Shown in pieces: positions 40,486 through 54,679 of a DNA stretch of 64,000 nt. Below the pieces are notes generated by a model. It did no database searches, was not told the DNA's origin, and saw only the letters and a program-made list of their open reading frames with translations. The DNA is taken from contig NC_042997.1 in assembly GCF_006345805.1 (NCBI RefSeq), forward strand, positions 7,626,001-7,690,000, in the 5' to 3' direction. The stretch is from Octopus sinensis (lineage: Eukaryota). Numbering within the stretch: position 1 is the first letter of the stretch; every line of letters starts with the position of its first letter. The position numbers and the translations under genes are program-made.

Positions 40486-41643
40486 CTATCCATATGGTAT
40501 ATTTATATTCGACATTTTAAATTTAGCCGCGTGCCTACATAAGTTCATTAACTCACTTCTTTGATTCAAAGAATTATTGTCTTTGAATAATATGTACATT
40601 TTCTCTAATAGACAAAGTCTGCACTTGAAATTATTTTTGTAAGCTCCATGCCTGTATGGTGCCGCCCTGTCCAGAATGCTCCATGTCACGTTGAAAGGTG
40701 GGACTTCCTTTTCTTTTAGTTCCCAGACATATTTTGCTAGGCTGGTTTTCTTCCTATTCTCTGGGTATTTAAATGAATTTTTATGAGAATAAAATCTTGT
40801 TTTAAATGAATTTTCTGAAGCCCCTGTGTATGTCTTGTATTCCGATGAGCCTTCCACTTGCACCTTGGCTCTATAAACTACTCCTTTCACTAGACATTTC
40901 CCTTCTAACGGACAGGAGCTTTCGTTTTCGAAATTACATTTCTTAGTGGGCTCGGCACCATGTCTAATCTCAATTAGCTTCCTATTATGTTGGATAATGT
41001 AAGAGGCGAAATTTCTGCAACAAGAATAGCTAACCTTCAGGGTTCTTCTATTAAATATTCTGTAGAATTTTTGACCCTGCTTAAAATGCTTAGAGACTAA
41101 TCTCAAAAATTCCTTACCTATATTAGTCTTTACGGCCAAATTGAAAGCCGGGTTGAACCACAAAACTTTCCTGGTCCTAGTTCTTCGTGCAGCATTATTA
41201 TCAGCATTAAGCTGGTTGAACTGGATCTTCTCAGAGAATCCACTATTCTTTAATGCGCTATCGTAATAAGGTGCAGCATTATGGAATGCTGCCTCGTCCG
41301 AAGAAATTGAAGATATTCTTCTACCTACATTGCTGACTAAGTTCCTAAGGATAACTGGTGGATGGTTCGAATCTTTGCTAATATACGATAGCTTTTCATT
41401 GGGCTTACGGAAAGGTTTGAATCTATCCGATCTTACATTAAAATTTACGTCTAAAAAATCTACACTATTCAGGTTAGCATCTATCGTAACCCGTAAGCCC
41501 ATCCTTTGAAAGAAAACTATAAGGTCCTTCCTAAGTCTATCTGATTCATGGCTGTTTAGATTATGCGTGGTTATAAGGCCGTCATCCCTATATAAACCTG
41601 CATCTATAAATGGGAATTCTATTTTTAGATTATGGAGAATATA
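40486..41643 (-). CDS. Truncated PLE ORF: RT C-terminal half, thumb, Cys-rich linker and GIY-YIG endonuclease
   Basis: The frame is open upstream of the annotated Met: YILHNLKIEFPFIDAGLYRDDGL (YRDD at 41581-41592). It continues with VDFLDV, SNHPP, WFNP, CNFx5CPLEGKC, VVYRA..YTG, FKTRFYSH, CRLCLLEK and LNQRSELMNLCRH. Confidence 0.9.
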   Translation of the reverse strand, partial: YILHNLKIEFPFIDAGLYRDDGLITTHNLNSHESDRLRKDLIVFFQRMGLRVTIDANLNSVDFLDVNFNVRSDRFKPFRKPNEKLSYISKDSNHPPVILRNLVSNVGRRISSISSDEAAFHNAAPYYDSALKNSGFSEKIQFNQLNADNNAARRTRTRKVLWFNPAFNLAVKTNIGKEFLRLVSKHFKQGQKFYRIFNRRTLKVSYSCCRNFASYIIQHNRKLIEIRHGAEPTKKCNFENESSCPLEGKCLVKGVVYRAKVQVEGSSEYKTYTGASENSFKTRFYSHKNSFKYPENRKKTSLAKYVWELKEKEVPPFNVTWSILDRAAPYRHGAYKNNFKCRLCLLEKMYILFKDNNSLNQRSELMNLCRHAAKFKMSNINIPYG

Positions 41644-41669
41644 TATATAGTAGTAGTAACAGAAAAGAG

Positions 41670-41741
<72 letters not shown>

Positions 41742-41742
41742 G

Positions 41743-42625
41743 TATGCGGAGTTCGATGAATAAACTTCAGTCTAAATTACACAAAAATGAAAATAACACT
41801 GACATCGCATTTTAACAGATATATTTACTAAAACAACATAGAAATATCTCGAAATACTAAAGAATAAGGTTATTCAATAAAATCATCATCCGCCTCAACT
41901 ACGGCATCCAGGCGACCTTTGAGTCTGCTGCAAATCTTCTGGACGATCTCGTCGTATAAGTTGGTGAATGCTGCCATAATCGTTGCCTTTATTTTACAAG
42001 GATATTTTGGGTCTCTCGCTTAGCTGCACCCAACATGCAATAATTAGAGAGGTTGCAGTCTGGGGAATTAAGTGACCAGATGTTAGTGATGATGTGGTCG
42101 ACGAAATTGACTGACAGCTTTGACTGGGTTCTGTTGCTTTTGTGGCACGGTGCAGAGTCATGTTACCAGACGTTGGGTCTTCCGGCAGCCGCCGTCTTGA
42201 CTCGGAGCAGCACTAACTCCTCCAGTCGTTTGATGTAGGCCACTGAGTTGAGTCTGGGGCCGTGTGGGAAGAATAATGGAGGCATAGCATCGCCATCACT
42301 AGTGCTCAGTCCGAAAACATCATGATGTTGACTGCATGTTTGATTTCACCACTCTTGGTACATATCATCAGATTGCACTCTCCTCAGAGTGACACCCACA
42401 ATACTCTGAAATGTTCCCAATGGACCTTCCGTTGCGGATGCTAAGGAGTACAGCATTTAGTTTCTAAATTTCTGGTCGAGCGAACTGCGTCTAGTTGCTG
42501 TTCTTTTTGTACAGATGGTGCCTAATTCACCCTACTATACTGTGTAGTCGACACAGTACAGTATGGTCTCTGAAGAAAGAAATGTTGATAACTGAGATGG
42601 ATGGAAATGGTTCGCCAAATTTCAT
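41743..42625 (-). mobile_element. Tc1/mariner superfamily maT (DD37D) transposon relic with internal deletion
   Basis: SDGDAMPPLFFPHGPRLNSVAYI...W*HDSAPCH...IWSLNSPDCNLSNY, with 37 residues between the second D and the third catalytic position. The C-terminus is RLDAVVEADDDFIE*. Confidence 0.85.
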
Positions 42626-43129
42626 ACAATATGTTATTGACACGGTCGTGAGAATTTGAACTTCCGCTGGATTTTCCTATGTATTCTTCTTGAAGCCATT
42701 TTGAACCGCCTTTTCATCCATTTGATACTTTCGATCAATGCAATTTTGACGTATATGTATAATAACTTTCTGACTACTTCCAAAGACGGACTTACAATTT
42801 CATACGATGACATGCGGGATTATTTATGTTTAATATTTTCTATTGTATCTAAATATTTACATTTACGTATATTTTTATGAAGTATTCCAATGTTAGGAGA
42901 TATATTGACAAAATGAACTCTGACTCCTGAAATTTGCTCTCCTTCTATTAATCTTTATATGTATATAATTGTTTATATATTAATGTAGAATATACTGCAC
43001 AAAGCCAGAACACCGCAGTAATTCCCTAGAAAAATATTTCCCTATCAAAGTTTAAATGTATACCGCTTAATAATATGCTAGATGCAAAAGAAAAACATGT
43101 AGCAGTGCCGTTGAAATTGTTAAATTTGC

Positions 43130-43160
<31 letters not shown>

Positions 43161-43190
43161 CAATATATATATAATATATATGTATATACA

Positions 43191-43227
<37 letters not shown>

Positions 43228-45599
43228 ATATTTTGTTTTCTCCAGAAATAAATATATCGATTATTTTGTAGATAATTTGTAGGCTACCTTATCACTTTTA
43301 ACAGCAATAAAAGTAATTCTTGACAAAGATTTATTTTCATATATATATATATTAGTGTGTGTGTGTTTGTGTGTGCGTTTGTGTGTGCATTTGTGTGTGT
43401 GTGTGTATGTGCGTTTCTCTGTGTGCGTGTGTGTGTGTGCGCGCGCACGTGCGTGTGATCAAGTATGAATTAGCAGCACCGATAGGATAAACAATATCAA
43501 ACACATATTGAACTATGAAAATCATAGACATGCACGTCGACTCACCCCAAATCTAATCCTGTGACGATGGAGATCAAAATTTCGCCATAATTCTGGCTTA
43601 TGTGTACAAGTTAAACATCGTTTTCCATGTTGTGACTACTGTTCTTTTTATCCATTGAATCTACAAGAGTCAGCGCTATGCACTCACGTTTCCCTCTGGC
43701 ATTTCAAAAATCTTATTCAGCAATATTCTGCATGCATTATGGTCGTGTAAACTCATCTTTTTATAAGGTGTATAGTGAAAACGCTGCAGCATGATTTTAG
43801 GCATACTCATTCGATATTTTACAATTATATTAGCCATCATTTTCTAAAAATTCAAATCCCTAATTCTATTTTCCAGAAGTAAATATATCGATTATTTTGT
43901 TGATACATCGTGGGCTTGTTTATAACTTTTAACAAGAATAAAAGTAATTGTTGACAAAGAAGATTTATTTCTCATCCATCTTACCTATAAATATACATAT
44001 ATTCTTATCCCCAAGCGAAAGTATTTTCAGTTTTATTGCATCCATTTATAATATGGCGTTAAATGCCAAGAATTCATTGATAACTTCAAATATATACAAA
44101 CTCTTCCTTGACAATTATACATAAACTCATACACAAACAATAGCACCGCTGTTAATCCAATTTTGTTATTCTCCATAAAAATGGAAATAGCTAATTTGCA
44201 TTTTCACTTTCTATATAAACTCTGCGCTCATTACGAAACATTCCGAACAATACAATAAAAGAAAACGTTACTATTTTATATGCATGACATTTTCCACAAA
44301 ATCGAGAAGAAAAGTTTTGATCTTGTTAAACATAATCATTCTTCTAATGTTCCTATGTCTAGTTGCAGCACATCTAAACAACGTTCATTACATTTCCCAA
44401 GCATATGCTTACTGGCTGAATTCCCAATTTATATTGTTACAGTGAAGGACGTTTCTTATGTCGGTCTAGCTACCGAGGTCTAAAAAATACTACGGCAACA
44501 CATCATCTTCAGTTAAACTTGATAGGAAGTTATCCAGATGTTTATAATCTCATTTTTTTTTAATGATGCCAATACAAAATTTTCAAGAGATCTTCGAATA
44601 TTATCAGTTTTTATTTTCGATAGCACTATCAAGCCAATAAAACAAATTGTCAGATGTGACTTATGTGTATCATTTCAGCTCAATGCGGCTCAAGTGCGAA
44701 GTTGATTATACACGGCAAGTTTCATTAAGTGATAGACCGTCCCCTAGTCCATTGTTACTGCATTTTCTCCTATTACATTCAAATTCCTATGCTACAGAAT
44801 GGCATGATGTTTCTGTTTTGATTACAAATACAGTTAGGAATTCTATAATTCATATAATAGTGAATTGGACATAAACAATTCTGTATTTATTTGGGTAGGC
44901 AACATTTCAGTATTCCATTCCCTTGCTCTCATTTTCAACCCAGCTAATCAGACTTATTATTTTGTTGACTTATTCCCGAACTATAAGTTCTATGTTAGCG
45001 TAAATTCATTACAAATTCCTTGACAGCATTAAATGTGGATAAAGACCTGTCGGTTACTAGCCGGTGTTTGTTACAGCCAGCAATGTTTAAGTGCATAATA
45101 AACGATTCTGCCAATAACAGGTTAACGTAGTCTATCGGTTTGCCATTTCATGATGCTGGACCTACAAGGTGAAGGAACTACACTTCTGATGATGACAACT
45201 TCATTTGACATATAATTGTAATACATGAATGAATGATGAGGTTTTTATAATGAAAATATGTTAATTAATTCTTTAAAAAATTGTGTAGGTAAATATACTG
45301 TATTGTTCAGTACATCCATTTCATTTCTATAAAGAGTTTCTCTTTAATAAAATGTGAGATTTATTACCAACAAAGCTTTCTAGAAAGAAAAATATTTAGT
45401 TCAGATCCTACATGGAAATTTATATTACTTCACAAACACTTAATATATCTAATTATAATATCAACACACACATGTCTGTGTATGCGTACGTGAACGTTTT
45501 GTGTGTGCGTGTGCGAGCGAGAGAGAGTGCTATGTGGGAAAGAAAGAACACATCTAAGTATATAAACATACATCCATACATATATACCTATATAACCAC

Positions 45600-45612
45600 A
45601 CACATATATGTG

Positions 45613-45683
<71 letters not shown>

Positions 45684-45870
45684 CAGGTGAAACTAAGAGC
45701 AGCAGGAGACTACTTCGTCTACAATAAGAGTGTCTACATTCTTCTGGCGATCAATACTGAACTTAGATTATATATATGTGTGTGTGTGCCTGTGTGAAGA
45801 GGGTGTATATATATAAATATATATATTTATATATAAATATATATATATATTTATATATATATATATATAT

Positions 45871-45915
<45 letters not shown>

Positions 45916-45934
45916 ATACAAATATATATATATT

Positions 45935-45966
<32 letters not shown>

Positions 45967-45969
45967 CAA

Positions 45970-46049
<80 letters not shown>

Positions 46050-46165
46050 ATATCTATATAGAGATATATTTATTTGTATATATATAAATATATATATATA
46101 AATATATATATTATATATAAATATATATATATATTTATATATATATACAAATATATATATATATT

Positions 46166-46200
<35 letters not shown>

Positions 46201-46217
46201 ACAAATATATATATATT

Positions 46218-46253
<36 letters not shown>

Positions 46254-46256
46254 CAA

Positions 46257-46327
<71 letters not shown>

Positions 46328-46475
46328 CATATCTATATAGAGATATATTATTTGTATATATATAAATATATATATATAAATATATATACACACATATACA
46401 AATAAATATATATATATATATATAGATATGTATATATATACATACAGATACGTTTTTATATATAAACATATACAA

Positions 46476-46518
<43 letters not shown>

Positions 46519-46535
46519 ATATATATATATATATC
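45600..46535. repeat. Long complex (TA)n satellite with higher-order structure
   Basis: About 900 bp of almost pure A/T. The variant block tacatatctatatagagatatatt recurs at ~46047 and ~46326. Confidence 0.95.
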
Positions 46536-49274
46536 ATGGACTTCTATTATCTCTTATAATCCTCCTTTTTCTGCATCATGCAGGTATAAAATGTGAATGA
46601 ATTGGAATGAATAAATACGTTGCGTACATAATACACTGACCTTTACTTTAGTAAACATCTACAGATTATTATTTGCAGTATCGCAGTCTCGTGTTTTCAT
46701 ATTTTTAACTGGTAATGATTTGTATAGAAAATAATATCAATAAGCTAATCTTGAATGACAAAAGTATGTCTGATTTTAGAAAAATACTGATTTATATCTA
46801 TTGTATCAAAATGAATATATTACCTTTGACCCAAAATGTATTGGTTAAAATCAAATTAGAAGCTTTTCATTACATATTTAGCCTAGACATTTAATAGAAC
46901 TTATAATTTTAATACCTTCCAGGGTTCATGAAATCGATATAGTGCTGGACTTAGTGGTTGTCTGCATATATTTCCGACCCTCTATGTTGTGATTTTAAAC
47001 TGCAAATAGGTCGATGTAGATATTTTCATTCTACGTTTATAGCAAATATTTCGTCAATATTCACGATTTTTATTGTTGACACTTTCTGTCCGTATTTGAA
47101 TTCTGTGGTAGAAAATTTACGAAATTATGAGTATTTATGAAAGATGACTCTATACAGTTCACTTATGAATATCACCATTAATATATTGACGTGTTCATCT
47201 TCATCGTTCGGAAACTCGATGACACGATTAACATCTTCAATAGTAATTAGATTCATCGTGGATAACTTACATATGTATGTACACACGTAAATATTAGAAT
47301 TGTAGTACACTTTAAGTGATTCTTGCGTCACTACATCTTGCAAAATGCCTACGCATAATCTAGGTAAATATTCAATTTCATACGACACCATGGTGTCTCT
47401 GCATTTCCATATTGTACGGCTATAGAAATTTGACATTCTTATTTTCTTAGATTCTTGGTATTTCACTTGTGGCAGATGAAATTTGGTGCCTACATTGATT
47501 GGTCGTTTTATTGTTACTCTGAACATAAGAAATTGACATTTTCTTAAATGCAATAGTAATATTGCATAACAAATTGATGCATTTGTGAATGTACAACAGT
47601 TTTACTCATTAATACTTATTATAATATTAAGTTTACTGTTAGAACGGCAAGCTAGCAGAATCGTTAATTCGCTGGGCAAAATGCTCCATCTTCTGAGTTG
47701 AAATTCGATGGTTTTAACCCTCAACCGACAGTAAAAGTTATATCATTGTTTCATCGACGAAACTATGAAGAAGAATAGTCACACTTCCCTCTCTCGTAAA
47801 ACCGAGAGTGGTGTTGTTCGATGTAAACTCGATGGAAAATTGATGTGTGTATTTTCGGTGTATAACAGATTGTCTATTTAATCGAATGGGAATTTTCCTT
47901 GCACCATAACAACACTTACAAATAGTGTCGGGTGATATTTGCCAATGGAGTTTTGCCAATGGATTACCCTTATCAACCGTGTTATATTGGATATTCTATA
48001 AAAGTACATATTAGGATTAGGCTAAAGCAAGTAACAGTTGAGATACGCAATTAGGAGTACACGTGCAGAAATCGATGAAACAAATTTCCAGGGTAGGTTC
48101 TTTAATATTTCAAACAGTTCAGCATTGTATTTGCACTCTCGACATAACAAAGTATAGGAATATAATTTGTGGGGGATATGATGTCATAAAGAGTAATGTA
48201 TAATCCGATTGCTAATACAACCACAGCAGACCTAACCTTCAAATAATGCCTCATAATTTTCTATAACAATAAATAAATTTTGCGGATGAAAGAAGTGCAA
48301 TGAGACAATCAAAGCGGTCTGGGAAGCCTAGTTTCGACAGGTATAGTAGCATAGAATTTCTGACGGCTTACTTACTTCAGAAAGAATGAAAACAAAAAGA
48401 AAAAAAAAGGAATGAAGAACCATCTCAAACTTCTCCAAATATACTTCTGTTCGCAAAAGAGTAGTGAGCGAGTACATATCACCCAAACCTGTAACAGATA
48501 TGACTAGGAGAATTAGAAACAAATAGAGGTGACTAACAAATAGAGGAAGAATAATAAACTAAAGTTAAAATAACACAAACTCCCATCAATTATACTTCGC
48601 CGTCTTGGATGATAAAGGAAGATGTTGATGCTGGTCACTGAGACGCGAAGATAGAAAAGACAAAGATATAAGGACAATCAGTCTCATCCAATGCACGAAC
48701 GATATCGAAAGTGAAGGAAATGGTGAAATCAAATTCTGTCTTCCAAAGGTGGAAACAATGTTACACTGTCTTCTTTTATTTCTTCCTCTTTCTCTTCTTT
48801 TACTTCCTCTTCTCTTGCTTCTTCTTTATCTTCTTTTACTTCTTCCACTTCCTTTTGTGTTACTTCTTCCACTTACTTTTCTTTTTCATCTTCTGTTTCT
48901 TTCCTTCTTGTTTTCAATCGTCTTTTTTTTCCAATTTTCTTCTACTCTTTTTCTTTTTCTTTTTCATGATCTCTTTCTTTTCTTCATCTTCTATTTCATT
49001 GCCTTCCTTTCCTCTTCTCCTTCATTTTCTTCTTTTTCATCTTTTTTCTTCCCTTTCTTCTTTTATTATTCGTCTTCTTCTTCGTCTTCATTTTTCTTCT
49101 TCTTCTTCTTCTTTTTCTTCTTCTTCTTCTCCTTCTTCTTGTTTTTACTTCTTCCTCCTTTTCTTCTTCTTATTGTTATTATTATCATTATTATTATTAT
49201 TTTATCTATTATTGTTATTATTTTGTTTTTGTTGTTGTTGTTATTATTATCATTATTATTATTATTATTGTTAT

Positions 49275-51060
49275 TCCTTCGAAACACAGCGTAGGTAAAA
49301 ATGCACCGGAGACTTCACTCATCTGTCAAGTCCCAACAAGGACTTCAGCCAGATAATACTTTCTTTAAGACGTGCGTTGTGCCCAATAAGGCTGCTTTTT
49401 GCAAGACATCAATCGTGCATGGAATTTGCAGTTGCCTTACGAAGTCTTGAAGTTTCAATGGGATTGAGCCCAACGCTCCGATTACCGCTGGTATCACTTT
49501 TACATTATCCTTGCAGTTCGGTGTTCTTGGTGATATTTTCAACTTCTTTAATCACTACATTAATGTCATTTGGTATGGCTACATCAATGAGCTGACATTA
49601 TTTTTCTATCTTATTCAATATGACAATATCCAGCCTATGGTGTTCGATTACACGATCAATTTGAAGATCATAGTCCCAGAGTATCGTTACTTCCCGTCCT
49701 CCTGCATAACTTTACTTGGTGCATGCTCATACCAGTTCTCTCTTACTTCATACTGGTATTTACGGCATAAGAGCCAATGAAGACACACACACATATTATC
49801 GTGGCGCCTCTTGTATTCTTTTTGTGCAAGGCTCTCACATCCACATTCCAAGTGGGTCACATATTCCACACCCTTTCCACAGAGTCCTCTATTTCTGGGT
49901 GTCAGAAGATTTATAGATGTTATATTTCACTGACTTGGTGACAGGAGGCTGTTCTTGTGCCGCAATGACCAGGCTTTCGGTGGTACATTTCAAATCACCT
50001 CGCTCAAACCACGACCACGATGCTGTATTACCCTTAACGTCCTATGTATTCCTTTCAAACTGTCCATGCATTCTCATTTCAAGATCTTCTTTTCTCTTCT
50101 CCTTAGCTCTTTGGTTAGCAGGTCCTCATTAATATTTTTCAAATACTCGTCAAGCGTTCTACTCCCACTCCTTATACAACGGTCACTAATAATTAGTCCT
50201 CTGTCACCATTCTTTCTTTTCATATACAGTCTGTTTATGTTAGCTTTAGGATATAGCGTCCCATGCAGCCTCATGAACTTTCTCGTCCTTCTAACCAGTG
50301 TTGATATTTCCTTCTTAGTCCATTTGAGGATGGACGCACTATATCTAACCACCAGAACTGGCTAGATATTCATTGGGGTAATCGAATGTTTTGGCATTCG
50401 GGTTGGATTTCAGCACCATCTTCACACTTTTTTGATACTCTTCGCTAAACTTGAATTTCATTTTTCTGTGTAAAATGTCATCCAGCTCCAAAATTCCTAA
50501 ATATGTATACTGACTATGGTCGGGTTCAACCATGGTCTCCCCTAATGTGAACCGCAATCCCATTCAGATTGTTGTCTTTCCTCTTTTCATATTACGTTCT
50601 GAACATCTGGTAATCCCAAATTCCATACCGATGTCCCTACCACAATTCTGGATTGTTTTGGTTGAGGAATGTATCTGTTTTTCAGATTTATCAAACAATT
50701 TCATGTCATCAATAAACAAAAGATGATTCAATTATGGGCGTTTCTTCCCACTTCGGTAACCCATCGTAACCATCTTAGTGTCGTTATTATGAGTATTAGT
50801 GCAATTACAAATAGTAATGGAGGAAAGAAGTCATCCTGGAAGATGTTCCTTTTAATATTAACTTCTCCAAGAAATACATTACTGAACTACAATTTAGTTT
50901 TCCACTCTTTCATGCTATGCATCAACAAATTTGTGATATTTTCAGCAACACCAGACATTTGCTCGCATTCAACGATCCAAGAATGAGGCATCGTATCATA
51001 TATTTTCTTTTAAGTCAATCCCAGCTAAAGACATGTTTGCATGATGTTTTTTCAACGCCT
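49275..51060 (-). mobile_element. R4/Dong-clade non-LTR retrotransposon, 5'-truncated and decayed (RT, CCHC, REL endonuclease, 3' UTR)
   Basis: Across frameshifts: IFQDDFFPPLLFVIAL, NHLLFIDDMKLF, DIGMEFGITRC, YTYLGILE, RLYMKRKNGDRGL, VTHLECGCESLAQKEYKRRHDN, IDVAIP and VKVIPAVIGALG...LQKAALLGT. The 3' end abuts (TAA)n. Confidence 0.9.
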
Positions 51061-53221
51061 TAATGACAAATAATGATTAAAATATTTTTGTAATATTTGA
51101 CACGTCAATTCGGTTCTTACATTTCCCGCGCTGACTTTTACGTGCATAAACCAAAAGGAATTTTGAGGTTGCATCAAATCATGTTCATTATTCTTTATAT
51201 TTGCATAATGGCAAATAATATTTAGAATATAATTAATAAATTTTAGATATACATTGGAATTTCAGATTATAATAATTAAATGCAATCACACAATTTACAC
51301 TAATTATAGAAACAAAATTATTATTACATTCGTTCAGTTGGTGAGAAACAGTAGTGAAATATCACGTTAACGTCTTACAGAGAGTGACGTGAAGTATACA
51401 AATTGACAGCGTGGTTATGGCTTTAAATGCCTTTAATACAAGGGCTGTTTGCTCAGTTGAAACCGTGATTTCCCGAAAGAAATATAGTATTTACTACCTT
51501 ATATCAGCTATCACACAGCTTTCACTGAGGTTGTTTATAATTAGTAAAAACAATATATTCTATGATCCAGCGTTGCAGCTTGTGTACAGCAAATATATCT
51601 TGATTTATCTTAATGAATGCAGTACCATCTCGCGAATCGATATTACCAACATTACTATCTTACAGCATGAGGGATTTATAGGTTTAATTAATGTTTGGGT
51701 CAACGCTGCAGTGTGTAGATACGATATTCATGGCGAGTGTATATGATAATTTTCTCATTGATTGACTACAATTAATCCACATCTTTAAAGTACCTGACAG
51801 GTATAACATAAATATTATATCCGATGATTTAGAAAAAAAATATATAATTAAACGTGGGATGATTTGAAATGCACGGCACATTTAAACGATAGATCGCCAA
51901 ATATGTATCGTTAAGCTATATAGAGTGAGGCTGATCAATATTCCCATTCGAAATATTTGATTATCCATCAACAAACAAAAGTTCTATCGTAATCCATACA
52001 ATTGATGGAAGTCATCAACAGAGACAATGGGAAAATATATAACGAAATCGAATCAAAACATGGACTAATATATTAATGAAATATATATACCATATATGCA
52101 GGATATATATGGGAAGTCATGCAGGTGGAAAAGACTTGGATTGTTTATCGATTTGTAATATATATTATGGGTGCCTCAACAATATATATTAAGAAAATAG
52201 TGATTTATTGACCGTTTTTATTATATTTTGTCCAATACAACAGTATTCTCTCATAATCTTTGATTTAGACAAGATCATAAAGAACTGACTAGAATTTATA
52301 AGCAAGCAACACATATACTGAATATATTTTATGTGAAAACGGATATATAGCCGTAGGGTTATATCAAATTTGGTTGTGTCCCTTTATTCTTGAAATATGT
52401 TAGTGGAATTTATTTTATCTTCTTGGTAAGAAGGAATTTCAATGCTTATCAGATATACTGGGACTCCGAGATTGGTGAGAAAAAGGAAGAATTTTATCTT
52501 TAGATCAATGAATATAACTCAGATGTTTTCAATTCATTTACTTCTACCCAATCACATAAAGTGAAAGGAGGTCATATTTTGCCAGACGAGGGATTGTATC
52601 CTAAGTAAAACAGCTATGAGAGAATTTTGATTTCAGAACACAAAAATCTTGGAAATGTAACTGCAAAGCTTTATGTCTGTTTTTTCTTTCTTTTAAACAA
52701 GTTTTTAGTCCGCCACTCAAGATAGATATTTTTCTTTCTTGACTAGAAGGTGATGGGTGATACATTTGACGTTGAAGTGAAATTTAGAATATCGTATGTT
52801 TTTAAATATTGCAATGACTCTCTTCGCCATTTAATTATGTAGGTTGATTTTGAACGCAGCTGAAGTTTTATAATCTGGAAAACATTTCTTTTACCAAACT
52901 TTCTTTATATCGAATCCAAATTACTAGACAATATACCTAACAATTTTCCATCCAGTATACATAAGTAGTTTAAATTTCATTTTGATTATTGCGGTGTAAA
53001 GGAAGTTGTATTATGAGGGATTTCAATGTTGATATTCAATATACTATATTGAATTTTTACTCATATATTTTCTTATTGAAATTTTGTAAATATTTAATGC
53101 CCTTATATCATGTGAATTCCTATTTCTTTCATTTGAAAACATTCCGAAAATTATTACTGGGAATGTAAAACTGCCTGGGTTATTGAATTTGATAACCTGT
53201 TATATATTCGTTATATTTCAA

Positions 53222-53430
53222 AGGTAGTGACCTGAAAAACTGGTTGCCGCACTAGGTGAAATACTGAATGGTATTTCTTCTGACATTAGGTTTTGAGTTC
53301 AAATTCCACCACGGTCGATATCGCTTTCATACTTTCGAGGTCGACGAAATGAGTATCATTTGAGAACTGGGAAGATGTAATTGACTTACCCTTATCCTTA
53401 AAATGCAGGCCTTGTGTCGAAATAAGAAAG
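53222..53430 (+). mobile_element. SINE family A, diverged copy
   Basis: gagttcaaattccaccacggtcgatatcgctttcatactttcgaggtcgacgaaatgagta matches 14936-15166. Confidence 0.75.
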
Positions 53431-54615
53431 AACATATGCATTACCCTTTTCCCCTCAACTCTAAATTTACGTTCTAGAAAAGTAGAAGGTTAAACGTATG
53501 ATGAGCAGAACGTTCTAAAATATATCTGGGTTACATAAATTACCAGACTTCCGTTAAGTGACAAACAGGATAATATCTATGTAATGTTATTAATCTTCAT
53601 GTTATTCATACTGCGTTCGATTCTGCAGCTTCGTGCATCGCAAAACTAAGTGCTGCGTTATCAGTTATTGAAACAAATGCAGAAAGCAATCTGCAGCACA
53701 ATATGCACAGAAAATCATATTTGCAAACATCAAAAAATGAATAATCTTGAGTACATAAAGATTTTATTGTTGCCAAAATGCTTACAAACTGCAAAACACA
53801 TTCTTCCGTTCTATTAGAAATCGAAGATTGATTTACAGACATGTATTCACACCCGAACGCGAAAACACGCAATGCTTTCAAATGCCATTTCTATAATGCA
53901 ATGTATGAAAGCTGACTTTGCCAGGAAATTGTTAGTAATGACTGCTAAATTTTGTTCCTATAAATAAATGAACTTCTTTTCAGATAAATGATTAATGAAT
54001 TAAACAGAAAGTAACCTCACTTGGAATGTTGATAAATATCAATGCCTTGGTTTGCATGTATGCCACAATAATAATCAAGAGGTGAAAACTATAACAACTG
54101 TAACTAAATGATATTCGTCTGCGGCAACTGCAGCACCTTCTGAAATTCCAGATTTTAAATCAACAAACTTAATTCCTATCCATTTTGGTTTAATTTATAC
54201 CTCATATTTGGATAGTGTTAAATGGCAACTGGTTTTCAGGGTGTTTGTGTTCAATTTTCGTGGAAATCCCTTTTCCTGAAAATTTAAATATATAACTTGC
54301 TTAGGATTTGACTTGAAAAATGGCATCATGCATCGTAATCTAGTGTTTAGAAATTAACATAAGATTGACACGATTGAAATTGGAATTCTTGCAATGGCGA
54401 TTTAGGCATTTATATTGAACATATTGCTTCTGTTGGAGTCGATTTGATACATATAATATATATCCAGTAGGGTTACCCCGGCAGACTTGGTGAGTATTTA
54501 AGTAGTGCAGATGTTGGTTTAAATGTGGTGCTGATGAAGGAGCCCTCATTCTTGAACTATGCATCACACTGTTTACTGAGACGTGCTTGTCTACATAACT
54601 TAGTCCTAGTTTTTA

Positions 54616-54657
<42 letters not shown>

Positions 54658-54679
54658 ATAATATTATATTATGTGATGT

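Larger units (their letters stand above)
39295..41645 (-). mobile_element. 5'-truncated Penelope-like retroelement (C-terminal GIY-YIG, probably Hydra clade) inserted in (TA)n
   Basis: An open RT-EN frame is followed by ~1.2 kb of 3' UTR/pLTR ending in a hammerhead motif, with (TA)n on both sides. Confidence 0.88.

Noticed and set aside
45768-46537. Long IY-repeat ORFs, here and throughout the track
   Set aside because: (TA)n lacks stop codons in these frames, so they are artefacts.
48711-49298. Phe/Leu-rich membrane-protein-like ORFs
   Set aside because: This is a low-complexity polypyrimidine and TTA tract.
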